64,000 nucleotides of DNA from contig OX597815.1 of assembly GCA_951406725.2 (NCBI GenBank), positions 7,502,001 to 7,566,000 of the forward strand, written 5' to 3'. This document shows, piece after piece, positions 29,222-40,877 of the stretch. The position numbers were made by a program, and so were the translations under genes. Position 1 is the stretch's first letter; the number at the start of each line of letters is the position of its first letter. Source of the DNA: Octopus vulgaris. Taxonomy: Eukaryota. The notes beneath the pieces are model-generated. The model saw nothing but the letters and a program-made list of their open reading frames with translations, was not told where the DNA came from and made no database searches.

Positions 29222-29633
29222 ATCTCTTTACTATCCACAAGGGGCTAAACACAGATAGGACAAACAAGGACAGACAAAGGGATTAAGTCAATTACATCGA
29301 CCCCAGTGCGTAACTGGTACTTAATTTATCGACCCCGAAAGGATGAAAGGCAAAGTCGAGCTCGGCGGAATTTGAACTCAGAACGTAGTGGCAGACGAAA
29401 TACCTATTTCTTTACTACCCACAAGGGGCTAAACACAGAGGAGACAAACAAGGACAGACAAACGGATTAAGTCGATTACATCGACCCCAGTGCGTAACTG
29501 GTACTTTATTTATCGACCCCGAAAGGATAAGAGGCAAAGTCGACCTCGGCGGAATTTGAACTCAGAACGTAACGGCAGGCGAAATACGGCTATGCATTTC
29601 GCCCGGCGTGCTTAACGATTCAGCCAGCTCGCC
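29222..29633 (-). mobile_element. SINE family B dimer
   Basis: Two units of about 184 bp. TSD GATACCT at 29215-29221 and 29634-29640. Confidence 0.92.
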
Positions 29634-29739
29634 GATACCTTCTAGATACGTTGCTTTGTACCGTCATTGGGTATAGACCCTTAATGTAAATTTGTTTTTT
29701 CAAGAAATGGGACAGTTCAGATATTGAAGATTTTCCTGT

Positions 29740-30130
29740 TTTGTCTTAACTTAAACAGACCGGTTATATAACTTGAATGAGTAAAGAACGCCTGTCCAAG
29801 GTTCTCTTATATAGACAACTATTTGGTGATGCACGAATTATTGGAAGATTTCCGTTGAGGTGCAAGGGATAAACTGAGGTCGAAATTAGCTCTTCGAATT
29901 ATCGCTGCCTTCGAAAGAAAGAATAGCGCAGGAGAGCAAATTATAGGGAAAATTGCATCACAATATATTAAAAGGTTGAGTCCTCGGTATTAGATCGGTT
30001 GATAAAGAACAGGAAAAAAGAAATGAAAATGCTAATCCACTTTGTTGCTAGTTTGCTCAGTGTGACTTGCAATTTGTGAGGACTGGAGCTTTATATGTGA
30101 ACTAAAATCCTGGTTTGATTCCCATATTCC
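29740..30130 (+). pseudogene. Decayed RTE-clade LINE C-terminal fragment
   Basis: LKQTGYIT*MSKERLSKVLLYRQL..GRFPLRCK resembles the RTE consensus LRWxGHVxRMxDxRLPKxLLYGxL..GRPxLRYKD. Confidence 0.55.
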
Positions 30131-30202
30131 CAACCCACACATTTGTATATGAACATCTTGTGTTCTCTCGTATCGTTTGCTTTCGCAACTAGGTTTGCAA
30201 CT

Positions 30203-30265
30203 TAAGGCGGTGCTCCAGCATGGCCGCAGTCAAATGACTGAAACAAGTAAAAGAGTAAAAGAGAG
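30203..30265 (+). mobile_element. SINE family A tail-only insertion
   Basis: AAGGCGGTGCTCCAGCATGGCCGCAGTCAAATGACTGAAACAAGTAAAAGAGTAAAAGAG, with no upstream body. Confidence 0.88.
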
Positions 30266-30540
30266 AGAGAGTGGTTGCGACTGTAGTATGTTGGCGAATT
30301 AATCATTAAACAAATGGCGGATCTTGGACGCCCACCTTTACCTCAACAGCTAAAATAAGGGAATGCATCTGTAAAATTTATCTATTAAGACGCGATGACT
30401 TTCATTTGTTTTTCTGTTCTCACTTATTAGTTGCTTCATCTTTCACGATAAGTGGAAAGTTTTCATAATCCCGCCTTTTTCGAAAGCTTTAACAGGAGTT
30501 GATACAATAGTTATGACTAGTAGTCATATCTGGAATGCTG

Positions 30541-30969
30541 GGATCTTTTCAGTTTGAACGGCAGTTTTTTCTAGCGGTGTCATGTGAAAATGTCACTCAT
30601 AATTATGACCCTGGTATCGATCTATTGCATTTCAATCTGTTTTAGGGTTAGGGTTAGTTAGGGTTATGGTTAGGGGTGGGGGAAGGGTATCTTATTTTCT
30701 TCAGAAATGTAAATAAACCCAATCTGTTTCTTAAACGAGACATATTCATACGGCACAGAATGTTTTCACCTCAATAGACGTCAGTGATTGGTTGAAGTTG
30801 CAGAAATTGAAGGAAAAAAACAACAAATATCTTACAAACTATAGAATTTTCTCAATAAAGCCAAGAGAAAAATATGTTTTATAAGCACATTCTACCAGTA
30901 TACGAAGTTTAAAATTTTTTAGTTACCTAGAAATTATGTTAAAAACAGCCGTTCAAACCGAAAAGATCC
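30541..30969. mobile_element. MITE (GG termini, 8-bp TSD; Merlin-type) carrying TTAGGG repeats
   Basis: TIR of about 29 bp, GGATCTTTTCAGTTTGAACGGCAGTTTTT. Perfect TSD GAATGCTG at 30533-30540 and 30970-30977. Confidence 0.9.
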
Positions 30970-31184
30970 GAATGCTGTGTTGATTTGCCAAGAGGTGGCC
31001 ACCTAACCCACGATCTTCGAAATCAAAATAGCATCAAGGAAGTCCATTGCGAGCAAACAAACTGGAATGAAAACATAAACAGGATGGGTGGGAGTCCGGA
31101 GAGAAGAGAGCAACCGGTGAGTTGTGGTGAGGTGTTGGACAATAAATGCAAATGAAGTAGAAGTAGATAATAGCAATTATATTT

Positions 31185-31610
31185 GGCGATCTTTCGTCTC
31201 TAGTAGACCTTTCCGTCGATTTCCGTAAAATTTTTTTGTTTTTTACATATGGGCTTGCAGGAACTTTTGAAGTAATATACATACATATACACATACACCG
31301 AGTAAAAAATTTCAGTTATCTCTCTCTTTCACACATTACTCTGTCTCTTCACACACACCAACAGAAGCACTTCACTTACACAACATACTGTCTGTCTCCC
31401 ACACCCCATCAAACACACACACACACACACATTGTACATCAATGCTTCCCATGCACGGTAACTTCAAAAGAACTTCCCTCGTCATACAATTGCTTTCTCT
31501 TAGTCTCTTTCGCTCTCATTACTTCAAAAGTTCCCGCAAGCCCATATGTAAAAAAAAAAAAATTTTTTACGGAAATCGACGGAAAGGTCTACTAGAGACG
31601 AAAGATTGCT
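31185..31610. mobile_element. MITE with TIRs of about 90 bp and a 9-bp TSD (Mutator- or Merlin-type)
   Basis: 31185-31275 is inverted with 31518-31610. Perfect TSD ATTATATTT at 31176-31184 and 31611-31619. Confidence 0.9.
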
Positions 31611-32429
31611 ATTATATTTTTTTAATTCTCCATTGAGATCATTAATAGTTTGAAGAAGTGAAAGCAGAAATAATTGGTGATTGCTTTAAATGTGAGAAGA
31701 GACAGAAGTAATTAGATGACCAGGAGAGTAGAATAGTCTGAGAAATAATAACTGCTAGGTACACCATAACTGTGGCTACAACACGAATGGAATTGATTTT
31801 CTTTCTCCTTTTCAAACCAGCAAATAATGGCAAACTGATGACATATTAACGAGAGAGACTGACAGGATACGTGCGAGGATCAACTCATGACTTTGAATTG
31901 CCTGATATGAAACGATTTTGGTGAGACAGATACCAACCACTCGGCTTATAAAAGCAGGAAAGATTAAGGTTGCGGCGGTGCGAACATTTTTCCTCGTTTT
32001 GTCACAAGGTTGCGACCTCAGTGGGAGAGAGGTGGGTCCTGAGATTGGCGCTTCACCTTTGAAGTCAGTCGGCAAATCTGAAAGGATGTGTTTAATGATT
32101 CAAGTTCATTGGAAATATGACTCACTGTTCTGACAGTTTGTTCTGTCTAATGACGAAAAGGTCAGCAGCAATTAAGAGCGCCGAATTGGCTTGGCCTTAA
32201 AAGGAACAATGCGAACCACCTTTGCGAAGCCGTATACAAATATGTCCTATTTCCCCACTTCACAATTAAGGGCAAATTCGGTTCTCTTGGATTTGCTGAT
32301 TTACAGTTAATATCCAACTCCGTCTCACACGCATTCACACGTTTTCATATGTTGTTATTTCCAATTAATTCTCTCTGTCTGTCTGTCTGTCTCTCTCTCT
32401 TTCTCTCTCTCTCTTTCTCTCTCTCGCTT

Positions 32430-32524
<95 letters not shown>

Positions 32525-32616
32525 CTTTCTCTCCCTCTCTCTCTCTCTCTTTCTCTCTCTCTCTTTCTCTCTCTCTCTTTCTCACTCTCTGCCTATATAC
32601 ATATGTGCGTGTGTAT

Positions 32617-32655
<39 letters not shown>

Positions 32656-32756
32656 AGTGTGTGTGTGTATGAGTGTGTGTGTATGAGTGTGTGTGTGTGT
32701 GTATGAGTGTGTGTGTGTATGAGTGTGTGTGTGTGTGTATGAGTGTGTGTGTGTAT

Positions 32757-32799
<43 letters not shown>

Positions 32800-33287
32800 A
32801 CTCTGTGTGTGTGTGTGTGTGTGTGTATGAGTCTGTATGTATTAGGTGTGTTGGGTGAACATTTCTGTTTATTTATTGTCTGTGTGTGCGTCTGCATGTG
32901 TATATGGGTTGTGATTTGAGTATGTGTGTGCTTGTGTGTAATGTACGCACATTCATGTATGTGTGTGCACGAATGATGTTGAGTGTACATACATCAGTTG
33001 CGTGTGGTGTTCCGTAGAGGTGTATGTGTGCGTGCGCTCGTGAGAGGAAAATGTCAATCGTTCTACACTTAAACGAACTCAGATTTTAAACATTCTATTT
33101 CTTCTTCTTAGCTACCACTGTTGTGTCTTTGCTTTCTGCTTGCAGTTATTACTACTCTTTCGGTGTCCTTGTGGCAAATATAACGGACTAGATACAACAG
33201 CGACACAAAAAAAGTGATAAATTATAGCTGGTACAGGATCTTTTCAGTTTTCCATATCATAAGCGATTTCAAAAAAAAAAAATTCAA

Positions 33288-33440
33288 TGGCTGTGTGGTA
33301 AGTAGCTTGTTTACCAACCACATGGTTCCGGGTTCAGTCCCACTGCGTGGCACCTTGGGCAAGTGTCTTCTACTATAGCCACGGGGCCGACCAAAGCCTT
33401 GTGAGTGGATTTGGTAGACGTAAACTGAAAGAAGCCCGTC

Positions 33441-33510
<70 letters not shown>

Positions 33511-33693
33511 ATATGTTTGTGTGTCTGTGTTTGTCCCCCTAGCATTGCTTGACAACCGATGCTGGTGTGTTTATGTCCCCGTTACTTAGCGGTTCGGCAA
33601 AAAAGAGACCGATAGAATAAGTACTGGGCTTCCAAAAGAATACGTCCTGGGTCGAGTTGCTCGATTAAAGGCGGTGCTCCAGCATGGCCGCAG
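33288..33693 (+). mobile_element. SINE family A, both ends trimmed
   Basis: Matches the family consensus. Confidence 0.9.
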
Positions 33694-33803
33694 ATCTAGA
33701 TTTACATGTTAATTACGAAAATCCTTTTGGAGGAATTAAAATAAAGACTTTATTTAAAAACTGATACTTCGGGGGAATTTTAACCAATCAAAGGCGACCA
33801 TTT

Positions 33804-34216
33804 GGATCTTTTCGATTTGAACGGCAGTTTTTTCTAGCGGTGTCATGTGAAATTGTCACCCATAATTATGACCCTAGTATCGATCTTATTGCATTTCAAT
33901 CTGTTTTAGGGTTAGGGTTAGGGTTAGGGGTATCTTTTTTTTCTTCGGAAATGTAAATAAACCCAATCTGCTTCTTAAATAAGGGACATATTCATACGGC
34001 ACAGAATGTCTTCACCTCAATAGACGTCAGTGATTGGTTGAAATTGCAGAAATTGAAGAAAAAACAACAACAAATATCTTACAAACTATAGAATTTTCTC
34101 AATAAAGCCACAAGAAAAAGATGTTTTATAAACACATTCTACCTTATACGAAATTTAAAAGTGTTTAGTTACGTGGGAAATATAAAAAAAAACTGCCGTT
34201 CAAACAGAAAAGATCC
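33804..34216. mobile_element. Second copy of the TTAGGG-carrying MITE
   Basis: Same TIR and body as 30541-30969. TSD GACCATTT at 33796-33803 and 34217-34224. Confidence 0.9.
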
Positions 34217-34488
34217 GACCATTTTTGATATGCCGGAACTCGGGATGATGTTCAAATCGCACTTTGCTTTTGTTTTTGTTTTTAGAGGCACGTTTGCCTC
34301 GCAATTTTTTTTCTGTCTTTATTTCCTCTTCGTTATTTTGTGAGAAATTAATAAGAAACTTTGCTCGCTCGCTCACGCTGATTCAATATGTTGTTACGAG
34401 AACATATGGCAATTAACTAAATGTTGTTGTGCTAATTTTATTTTTGTGCTGAGATATGCCACAAAATAATGTAGTGTATCTCAACATA

Positions 34489-34889
34489 GGCGCAGGAGTG
34501 ACTGTGTGGTAAGTAGCTTGCTAACCAACCACATGGTTCCGGGTTCAGTCCCACTGCGTGGCACCTTGGGCTAGTGTCTTCTGCTATAGCAGAAGTGGAT
34601 TTGGTAGACGGAAACTGAAAGAAGTCCGTCGTATATATGTATATATATATGTATGTGTGTGTGTTTGTGTGTGTGTTTGTGTGTCTGTGTTTGTCCCCCT
34701 AGCATTGCTTGACAACCGATGCGGGTGTGTTTATGTCCCCGTTACTTAGCGGTTCGGCAAAAGAGACCGATAGAATAAGTACTGGGCTTACAAAAGAGAA
34801 TAAGTCGTGGGGGTCGATTTGCTCGACTAAAGGCGGTGCTCCAGCATGGCCGCAGTCAAATGACTGAAACAAGTAAAAGAGTAAAAGAG
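34489..34889 (+). mobile_element. SINE family A (small internal deletion)
   Basis: Matches the family consensus. Confidence 0.92.
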
Positions 34890-35074
34890 CAAAGAGTATA
34901 TGAACGGAGGAACAATGGCAAGTCGAGTGGTTCTTGACCAGATGTGGGGTACACGGCGCCTTGACAGTCCAGAAAAGCAGCCCAAGTTGCAATGATAGGA
35001 AGGGGACACAGCATGTAGTTGTAGGGTTTTATTAATAGCAGTTCTTTACAAAATATATTATATGATTAACTATA

Positions 35075-35384
35075 GGCTATGGCTCAGGAGTTAGAGCGTC
35101 GGGCTCACAATCATGAGGTAGTGTGTTCGATCCCCGGACCGGGCTGTGTTATGTTCTTGAGCAAGACACTTTATTTTACGTTGCTCCTGTTCACTCAACT
35201 GTAGAAAGGAATTGCGACGTCACTGATGCCAAGCTTTATCGGCTCCTTTGACTTTCCCTTGGATAAAACCGGTGGTGTGGAGTGGAGAAACTGATATTTA
35301 TGGGCGACTGCTGACCTTCCATAAACAACCTTGCTCGGACTTGTGCCTTGGAGGGGTAACTTTCTTGGTGCAATCCCATGGTCA
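35075..35384 (+). mobile_element. SINE family D (tRNA-derived, CORE-like), single diverged copy
   Basis: A-box TGGCTCAGGAGTTAG, B-box TGTTCGATCCC and CORE-like TTCTTGAGCAAGACACTTTA. Confidence 0.72.
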
Positions 35385-35610
35385 ACTTCAGGCTAAAAGG
35401 ATTTTGGCATCATAAGCCGCAAGAGGCCGAAGTGTTTGTGGATTCATAGACTGTGGGGATCGCTTACTTTGGCATTATTTGGGTTTTCTTCATCGGTAAC
35501 CTAATTTGGTTTTGACAATGCTTAAACACTGGGTTCTTGTTTTGATGGGTTCTGCAGAATATAGATAAGATCACTCATATCGTTTACGTGTCTGATACAA
35601 TTGTGTGGGT

Positions 35611-35932
35611 CAGTGGTTCTCAACCATTTTTTATCTGTGGACCCTTTTGATTGCTATTTTATTCTGGTAGACCACCCCAAAGCCATTCGATGTTTAAAAA
35701 CTAGTTTAACAGAAACTTCTGTCAAAATCCCTATTTTGTGTAGATTGAACTATATAAAATGTTAAAGAAAGAAACCTGGCTGTTTTTTGTAATACTTACA
35801 TCTAAATCAAATTTTTTTCAGGGGCTCTTAAAATAATATTGTGGATCTCAAATTTGCTATTTTGATGCGTGGATCCCCAAAGACCTTATATAGACCCTCA
35901 GGGGCCATATAGACTCCTGTTGAGAACCGCTA
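35611..35932. mobile_element. hAT (Charlie-like) MITE
   Basis: TIRs CAGTGGTTCTCAAC and GTTGAGAACCGCTA. Degenerate 8-bp TSD GTGTGGGT/GTGTAGAT. Confidence 0.8.
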
Positions 35933-35972
35933 GTGTAGATGTCAGAGGAACATTATAGGATAGTCGGTTAGA

Positions 35973-36498
35973 GGTAGTTGTTCAGTTTAGTTATATAAAA
36001 AAGTAAATAAAATTAAGGGGAGATAAGTAATAAAAAAATGCTGCTTACTTTTATACAGCATAAAGAGTGGAATTACGCCAGGGAAACTCCTGCAGATATG
36101 AAACGATTTGTCCGATGTCCCAAAATGTCGCCTCAACTTCCGTTTCACCCGCATCCACATATTCTTCGCATTTTGTGTGTGGACATCTTGATCATGAGGA
36201 TCAACAACATGTTGTCGGTGTATAATCACCTCGTACTTGTAGGCACCACCATTGAGGATACCGATGTCATTATATGTTCGCCGTCCATCGCTGACTGTGT
36301 GAGACCCGGGCAAAATCCACTTTTGTATCAGCTCAGCTAAGGTTTCTTCTGTACAATCAGGTACTTCGACCAAAAAACACTTTCTTGAGACTCTCTCTCT
36401 ATGCCACAGAATACCCAATGCCCCTTTGCTTCTTTTACTACTTATCTCCCCCTTAATTTTTATTTACTTCTTTTATACAACTAAACTGAACAATTACT
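35973..36498 (-). mobile_element. Merlin (IS1016/ISXO2-like) internally deleted element with a DDE transposase remnant
   Basis: ORF 35987-36418 reads ERVSRKCFLVEVPD..ETL..LIQKWILPGS..SDG..Y..H..VDP..VHTQN..NMW..KRKL. TIRs of about 70 bp, and a degenerate 9-bp TSD TCGGTTAGA/TCGGTTATG. Confidence 0.88.
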
Positions 36499-36511
36499 TC
36501 GGTTATGTAAT

Positions 36512-36898
36512 TTGGAAGCACTCCATCGGTTACGACGACGAGGGTTCCGGTTGATCCGAATCAACGGAACAGCCTGCTCGTGAAATTAACGTGTAAGTGG
36601 CTGAGCACTCCACAGACACGTGCACCCTTAACGTAGTTCTCGGGGATATTTAGCGTGACACAAGAGAGTGACAAGGCCGGCCCTTTGAAATACAGGTACA
36701 ACAGAAACAGGAAGTAAGAGTGAGAGAAAGTTGTGGTGAAAGAGTACAGCAGGGATCACCACCATCCCCTGCCGGAGCCTCGTGGAGCTTTTAGGTGTTT
36801 TCGCTCAATAAACACTCACAACGCCCGGTCTGGGAATCGAAACCGTGATCCTACGACCGCGAGTCCGCTGCCCTAACCACTGGGCCATTGCGCCTCCA
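36512..36898 (-). mobile_element. SINE family C, full length
   Basis: tRNA-like head. 12-bp TSD CGGTTATGTAAT at 36500-36511 and 36899-36910. Near-identical to 51831-52218. Confidence 0.93.
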
Positions 36899-37227
36899 CG
36901 GTTATGTAATATAGAAACACCTGTAAAGTTTATTAATGTCTGTGGTGTTATATGAAATCGCTGTTGGTTCTAATGATGCCAGCACCTGTCTCACAGTTCA
37001 TAATTCCATATTGTTACTTAGCAGAATCGTTAATAGTAATGCACAAAATACCTTGTGGTATTTGTTCAGGCCCTTTACGTTTTAAGTTTAGAAACATGTT
37101 TCGAGTCTCAATAAAATATGATAGCATATTACTGTCCTGTTGTTACTATTTTTTACCCCTCTGCGAAAAGATCTCAGAATTTTAATTGATTTGCTTTTCG
37201 CAGGAAGGAAAGTTTTCTTGTCGAAGA

Positions 37228-37290
37228 TACGTCTCGCTTTTATCCTTCGAAACGTAGAGTAGATGAAAGCTTTAGCGACTGAAGAAGGGT
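37228..37290 (+). ncRNA. Putative strand-swapped (non-circularly permuted) hammerhead ribozyme, intact core
   Basis: TACG-TC-TCGCT ... CTTC-GAAA-CGTA ... AGCGA-CTGAAGA-A-GGG. Stems I and III are perfect (5 bp each) with a GUC site; stem II is weak. Confidence 0.72.
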
Positions 37291-37504
37291 TTTTTTCTTT
37301 GTGTTAATTGTCCTGTATTCCTTTTTTTTTTTTTGCTGTTTTTAAATAAATGTCCAGTTCCTTTGGTTTGTGTCTATGTTTTCGTTTCTCATTGTGTTCG
37401 GACGTCCTTTTGGTGTCCTGTACTCATATATGCGTGTATATATACATGTAGAGGTAGGTACGTACATATATGTTTATATATATGCATATGTTTTATTTTA
37501 TTTA

Positions 37505-37545
<41 letters not shown>

Positions 37546-37550
<5 letters not shown>

Positions 37551-37772
37551 TGTGTGTGTTTGCGTGAGTGTGTTTGTCCCCCTAGCATTGCTTGACAACC
37601 GATGCTGGTGTGTTTATGTCCCCGTTACTTAGCGGTTCGGCAAAAGAGACCGATAGAATAAGTACTGGGCTTACAAAAAAAGAATAAGTCTCGGGGTCGA
37701 GTTGCTCGATTAAAGGCGGTGCTCCAGCATGGCCGCAGTCAAATGACTGAAACAAGTAAAAGAGTAAAAGAG
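37546..37772 (+). mobile_element. SINE family A 3' half
   Basis: Starts at the internal microsatellite and has a complete tail. Confidence 0.9.
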
Positions 37773-38000
37773 AAAGAGAGCAGCAGTCAGTTACTAAAGT
37801 CATTGGATCAACAATTACTGACGACTTCCGGGTTTCTAAAAGTAAAAAGAGACGATAACCAACAATCTCGAACGAATCTTATTAATACTGACAACACTTT
37901 AAGGGGAGGATGAGGGTGTAAACCCAACAGATACAATAGTCGCTGCTATTTCTAGGAGCCAAGCGTCCATCATTGCCAAGACTAAGTAAGGTTGAAATCA

Positions 38001-38414
38001 AGGCGGTGAGCTGGCAGAATCGTTAGCACGTCGGCCGAAATGCTTAGCAGTATTTCGTCTCCCGTTACGTTCTCAGTTCAAATTCCGCCAAGATCGACTT
38101 TACCTTTCATCTTTTCGGAGTCGATAAATTAAGTACGATTTACGCACTGGGGTCGGTGTAATCGACTTAATCCGTTTGTCTGTCCTTGTTTGTCTCCTCT
38201 GTGTTTAGCCCCTTGTTGGTAATAAAGAAATAGGTATTTCGTCTCCCGTTACGTTCTGAGTTCAAATTCCGCCGAGATCGACTTTACCTTTCATCCTTTC
38301 GGGGTCGATAAATTAAGTACGATTTACGCACTGGGGTCGGTGTAATCGACTTAATCCGTTTGTCTGTCCTTGTTTGTCCCCTCTATGTTTAGTCCCTTGT
38401 GGGCAACAAAGAAA
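38001..38414 (+). mobile_element. SINE family B dimer
   Basis: Two 184-bp units. 18-bp TSD TAAGTAAGGTTGAAATCA at 37983-38000 and 38415-38432. Confidence 0.94.
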
Positions 38415-39071
38415 TAAGTAAGGTTGAAATCACGAGATCTGGTGGTCTCGGCGCTGCGGGTGGGGAGGATTTATCTCCCCGCTAGTGATATAAACAAGCG
38501 TGCATTTTGCACCCAAAGCCAATATGAAAGCTTCTCTCATGGTAACAACCGCAGTAAAGTTCTGAACATGTCTCATTTGTAGTTTGAGAGGAATTTAACA
38601 GATCTAACAACCAGATAGAGGCTCGTTTCTTGGTTTGTGTACAGGCGGCTTAGCTTCTAAGGTAAGAAGCGAATATATCAGATACGGGTGAATGAACCAC
38701 CCGATTATAACGTGGGTTTCCAGGGGTGGTGGTGGACATAACTGATGTACGTTTAGAACGTATGTGAACCTTTGTATCGTTGAATGGTGGCGGTTGTGCT
38801 GGAAGTAAGTAGGGAGTGAGGAAGGCCTTTTAATCAAATTATTTCGCATCGTATTTTGACAAAAATAGGAAAAATAACAAAGGAAGTCGTTAGACCTATT
38901 GCTGGGTCACTGCGTTTCGGAGGTCGAGTATGACGAGGGAATGGGTGAAACTCGGCCGGAACAAATAATATGGTAATTTTATTTGAAAGCACCGGTCCGA
39001 ATTTCTCACTGCTGTTTACTTCTTTAGTAGAAAGATACACCTTTCCGTTCAGTATAAATATGCACACATAG

Positions 39072-39104
<33 letters not shown>

Positions 39105-39522
39105 TGTGTATGTGTTGTGTGTGTGTATGTGTGCGTGTGTTGTGTGTGTGTACGTGTATTGTGTGTGTACGTGTGTTGTGTGTGTGTATTGTGTGTGCGT
39201 ATGTGTGTGTGTGTATGTGTGTGTGTTGTGTGTGTGTGCGTTGTGTGTGAGTATGGTGTGTGTGTGTTGTGTGTGTGCGTATGTGTGTGTATGTGTGTGT
39301 GTGTTGTGTATGTGTGCGTGTATGTGTGTGTGTATGTTTGTATGAGTGTGTGTGTGTGTGTGTCTTTTACGCCTTTATGTTATTTGACTGCGACCATGTT
39401 CGGGTACTCGATCGCAAATTTTAACGAGACACTGAGCTGCGGGGATATAAACACACCAGTACCGGTTGTAACAAACACAGACACGATGGCTTATTACATG
39501 TGCGTGCACACACGCACACACA

Positions 39523-39569
<47 letters not shown>

Positions 39570-39776
39570 AAACACATACATATTTACACCCGGCGCATCC
39601 GAATCTACTTCAAGGCCCGAGGGGTAGTGGTGGAAAGAAAGGTCATCATAAAATTCAAAGCTGCTGATTTGAAAAGTGGTTTGGGGTCGGGTGGAGGGTT
39701 GTGCCAGATATTCGCAGGCCACTCCTTGGCTCTGGACTGAAGGTACTTATTCAACTCTACTACAAAGGCCACATGT

Positions 39777-39827
<51 letters not shown>

Positions 39828-39870
39828 CACATACATATATATATGCATATAATATATGCAAATATATATG

Positions 39871-39904
<34 letters not shown>

Positions 39905-39905
<1 letters not shown>

Positions 39906-40328
39906 TCTTACTCTTCATTCTTTTACTCTTTTACTTGTTTCAGTCATTTGACTGCGGCCATGCTGGAGCACCGCCTTTAATCGAGCAACTCGACCAGGGA
40001 CTTATTCTTTTGTAAGCCCAGTACTTATTCTATCGGTCTCTTTTGCCGAACCGCTAAGTAACGGGGACATAAACACACCAGCATCGGTTGTCAAGCAATG
40101 CTAGGGGGACAAACACAGACGCACAAACACACACACGCATATATATATATATATACACATATATACGACGGGCTTCTTTCGGTTTCCGTCTACCAAATCC
40201 ACTCACAAGGCTTTGGTCGGCCCGAGACTATAGTAGAAGACACTTGCCCAAGGTGTCACGCAGTGGGACTGAACCCGGAACCATGTGGTTGGTAAACAAG
40301 CTACTTACCACACAGCCACTCCTGCGCC
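39905..40328 (-). mobile_element. SINE family A, full length
   Basis: Reverse complement of the family consensus. Confidence 0.93.
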
Positions 40329-40331
40329 TAT

Positions 40332-40446
<115 letters not shown>

Positions 40447-40489
40447 TACTTACTTGGAAATGGATGCTTCGCGTTCAATTATATATTTA

Positions 40490-40877
40490 CTAGCAGTATC
40501 GCCCGGCGTTGCTCGGGTTTGTTTCGACCCTTTAGAATTGGAATTTTTGAAAAGTAAACATTTTGCATTATGTAGCTTGTTATTCTCTTTAAGTGAACAT
40601 TTTTCTGGTTGAAATACACCGAAAACTGGCGACACAGCTGTCAAAAAATCCTAAAAAATAGGGATTTTCATAGAAAAAAAAGCACCTTTTTGATGTAAAT
40701 AATTTTTGGTGTTAACATGGTCCGATTTGATTTTTTTCTTCTACGGAAGGAAGAGCAAGCCTTCTTCTATCATACTCTCAATTTTGGTCAACTTGTGCCG
40801 TAGGGTCTCGGAGGAGTTAGTGTTAGTTGAAGGCTACCAAACCTGCCATACACAGACAACTTCAGCTTTATATATAT
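40490..40877 (-). mobile_element. Non-autonomous Helitron
   Basis: The minus strand ends in hairpin CCCGAGCAACGCCGGG-CGATACTG-CTAG|T, identical to the end at 47783-47811. Confidence 0.82.

Noticed and set aside
30642-30676. Telomere or chromosome-fusion scar
   Set aside because: The TTAGGG units are an internal part of a MITE present twice in the window.
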